The notes under the pieces are model-generated. The model did no database searches. It worked only from the letters and a program-made list of their open reading frames with translations, and was not told where the DNA came from. DNA of 64,000 nucleotides from the human T2T-CHM13v2.0 reference genome, Homo sapiens, in the NCBI RefSeq assembly GCF_009914755.1, contig NC_060929.1, one strand, 5' to 3'. Every line of letters starts with the position of its first letter. The stretch's first letter is position 1. The position numbers and the translations under genes were made by a program. Shown here piece after piece: positions 60,976-64,000 of this stretch.

Positions 60976-61295
60976 AGGTACATTCTGTCAACAAATATTT
61001 ATGCAAATGAATGAGCATCTCTTCGTTGATCATCCTTTTATTAATTGCCTATTATAATCTTTGTCCATTTTTTAGGTTAAGTGCACTATTACATGTTATT
61101 GCTATCTGTGGCTTGTTTTGGGCTCTTTATAAATTATATCAATACCTGAAAAAGCTTGTTTATATTATTTACACACTATTTTTGAGACTTTGTGTTCTAA
61201 AAGGAAGGCTTATTTTAAAAGTTGGTTGTTGTCTTCTCTGCTTTAGATGCTGGGAGCTTTTGCACATGCTGTCTCAATCCATGTTAGGTATGTGA

Positions 61296-61525
61296 TGTTT
61301 ACCCACTTTGCAGATAAGAAAACTGAAACTCGGGGGTTAACCCATTTATGCCGGCGGCTGCAAAATTTTTTTTTGTGAAAAATCAGACCTTGGCGATGAC
61401 CTTGAGCAGCAGGATATAAATAACTCCCACAAGCTTAGCGTTCCAATAATGGAACATTGGGCATAAATGTTAATAACTTGCCAAAAATGAAATTTAGCAG
61501 GGACAGGATTTAAATGCAGTTCTTG
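61296..61525 (-). mobile_element. MIR fragment interrupted by MER85
   Basis: 'cccactttgcagataagaaaactgaaactc..ttaa' resumes as 'ttaataacttgcc'. Confidence 0.75.
61341..61469 (-). mobile_element. MER85 piggyBac MITE (PGBD3-derived)
   Basis: TTAA TSDs 61337-61340/61470-61473, TIR cccatttatgcc, internal palindrome gttccaataatggaac. Confidence 0.93.
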
Positions 61526-61714
61526 CTTTAGTCTCCTTTCTTTCTAATATGATAATTTGCCTTTCCTGCAATATAATAGGAAAAACTCAGAGAAATTATT
61601 TTAGATGATTTAGAATTAAATGACATAGATTTACAAAATGTAATATAAAAGACCATATCTTCTTTTCTGCTTGTAAGTGTGCCAACTTGATTAAAGAAAT
61701 GATAAAAGTAAAGT

Positions 61715-62366
<652 letters not shown>

Positions 62367-62479
62367 AATTAAATTGCATCAGAAGACAAAAAGATGTACA
62401 TATGACTATATTTACTGCAGCACTGCTTGTAATGACAAAATACTTGAAACAGTTAATTTGACTCTTGTGTGATATGTAA

Positions 62480-64000
<1,521 letters not shown>

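Overview
Primate (most likely human/hominoid) non-coding DNA dominated by interspersed repeats. It contains two full-length but inactivated L1s (L1PA8-like 3119-9579; L1PA3-like 44492-50646), many truncated L1PA/L1M pieces, about 14 Alus (J, S, Y), L2/MIR, MaLR LTRs, a MER41B ERV1 fragment, and hAT, Tigger and piggyBac DNA transposons. No intact host protein-coding gene, RNA gene or CRISPR array can be supported; nearly every ORF in the track is L1/Alu/ERV-derived. Retroelements up to ~56 kb are mostly minus-strand, suggesting an intron of a large + strand gene that I cannot name. Repeat-poor islands at ~13.5-19.8 kb and ~28.8-32 kb hold a strong candidate exon and possible enhancers. I cannot support a new multi-gene system. 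The most notable observations are a ~235-bp inverted duplication spanning an Alu tail plus unique DNA, a nested fold-back palindrome in Tigger3, a MER41B copy that looks like an L1-retroposed processed transcript, an extended open ORF0, and a MER85 with its CSB-PGBD3 palindrome. Subfamily names come from remembered consensus sequences, and boundaries of old elements are approximate.
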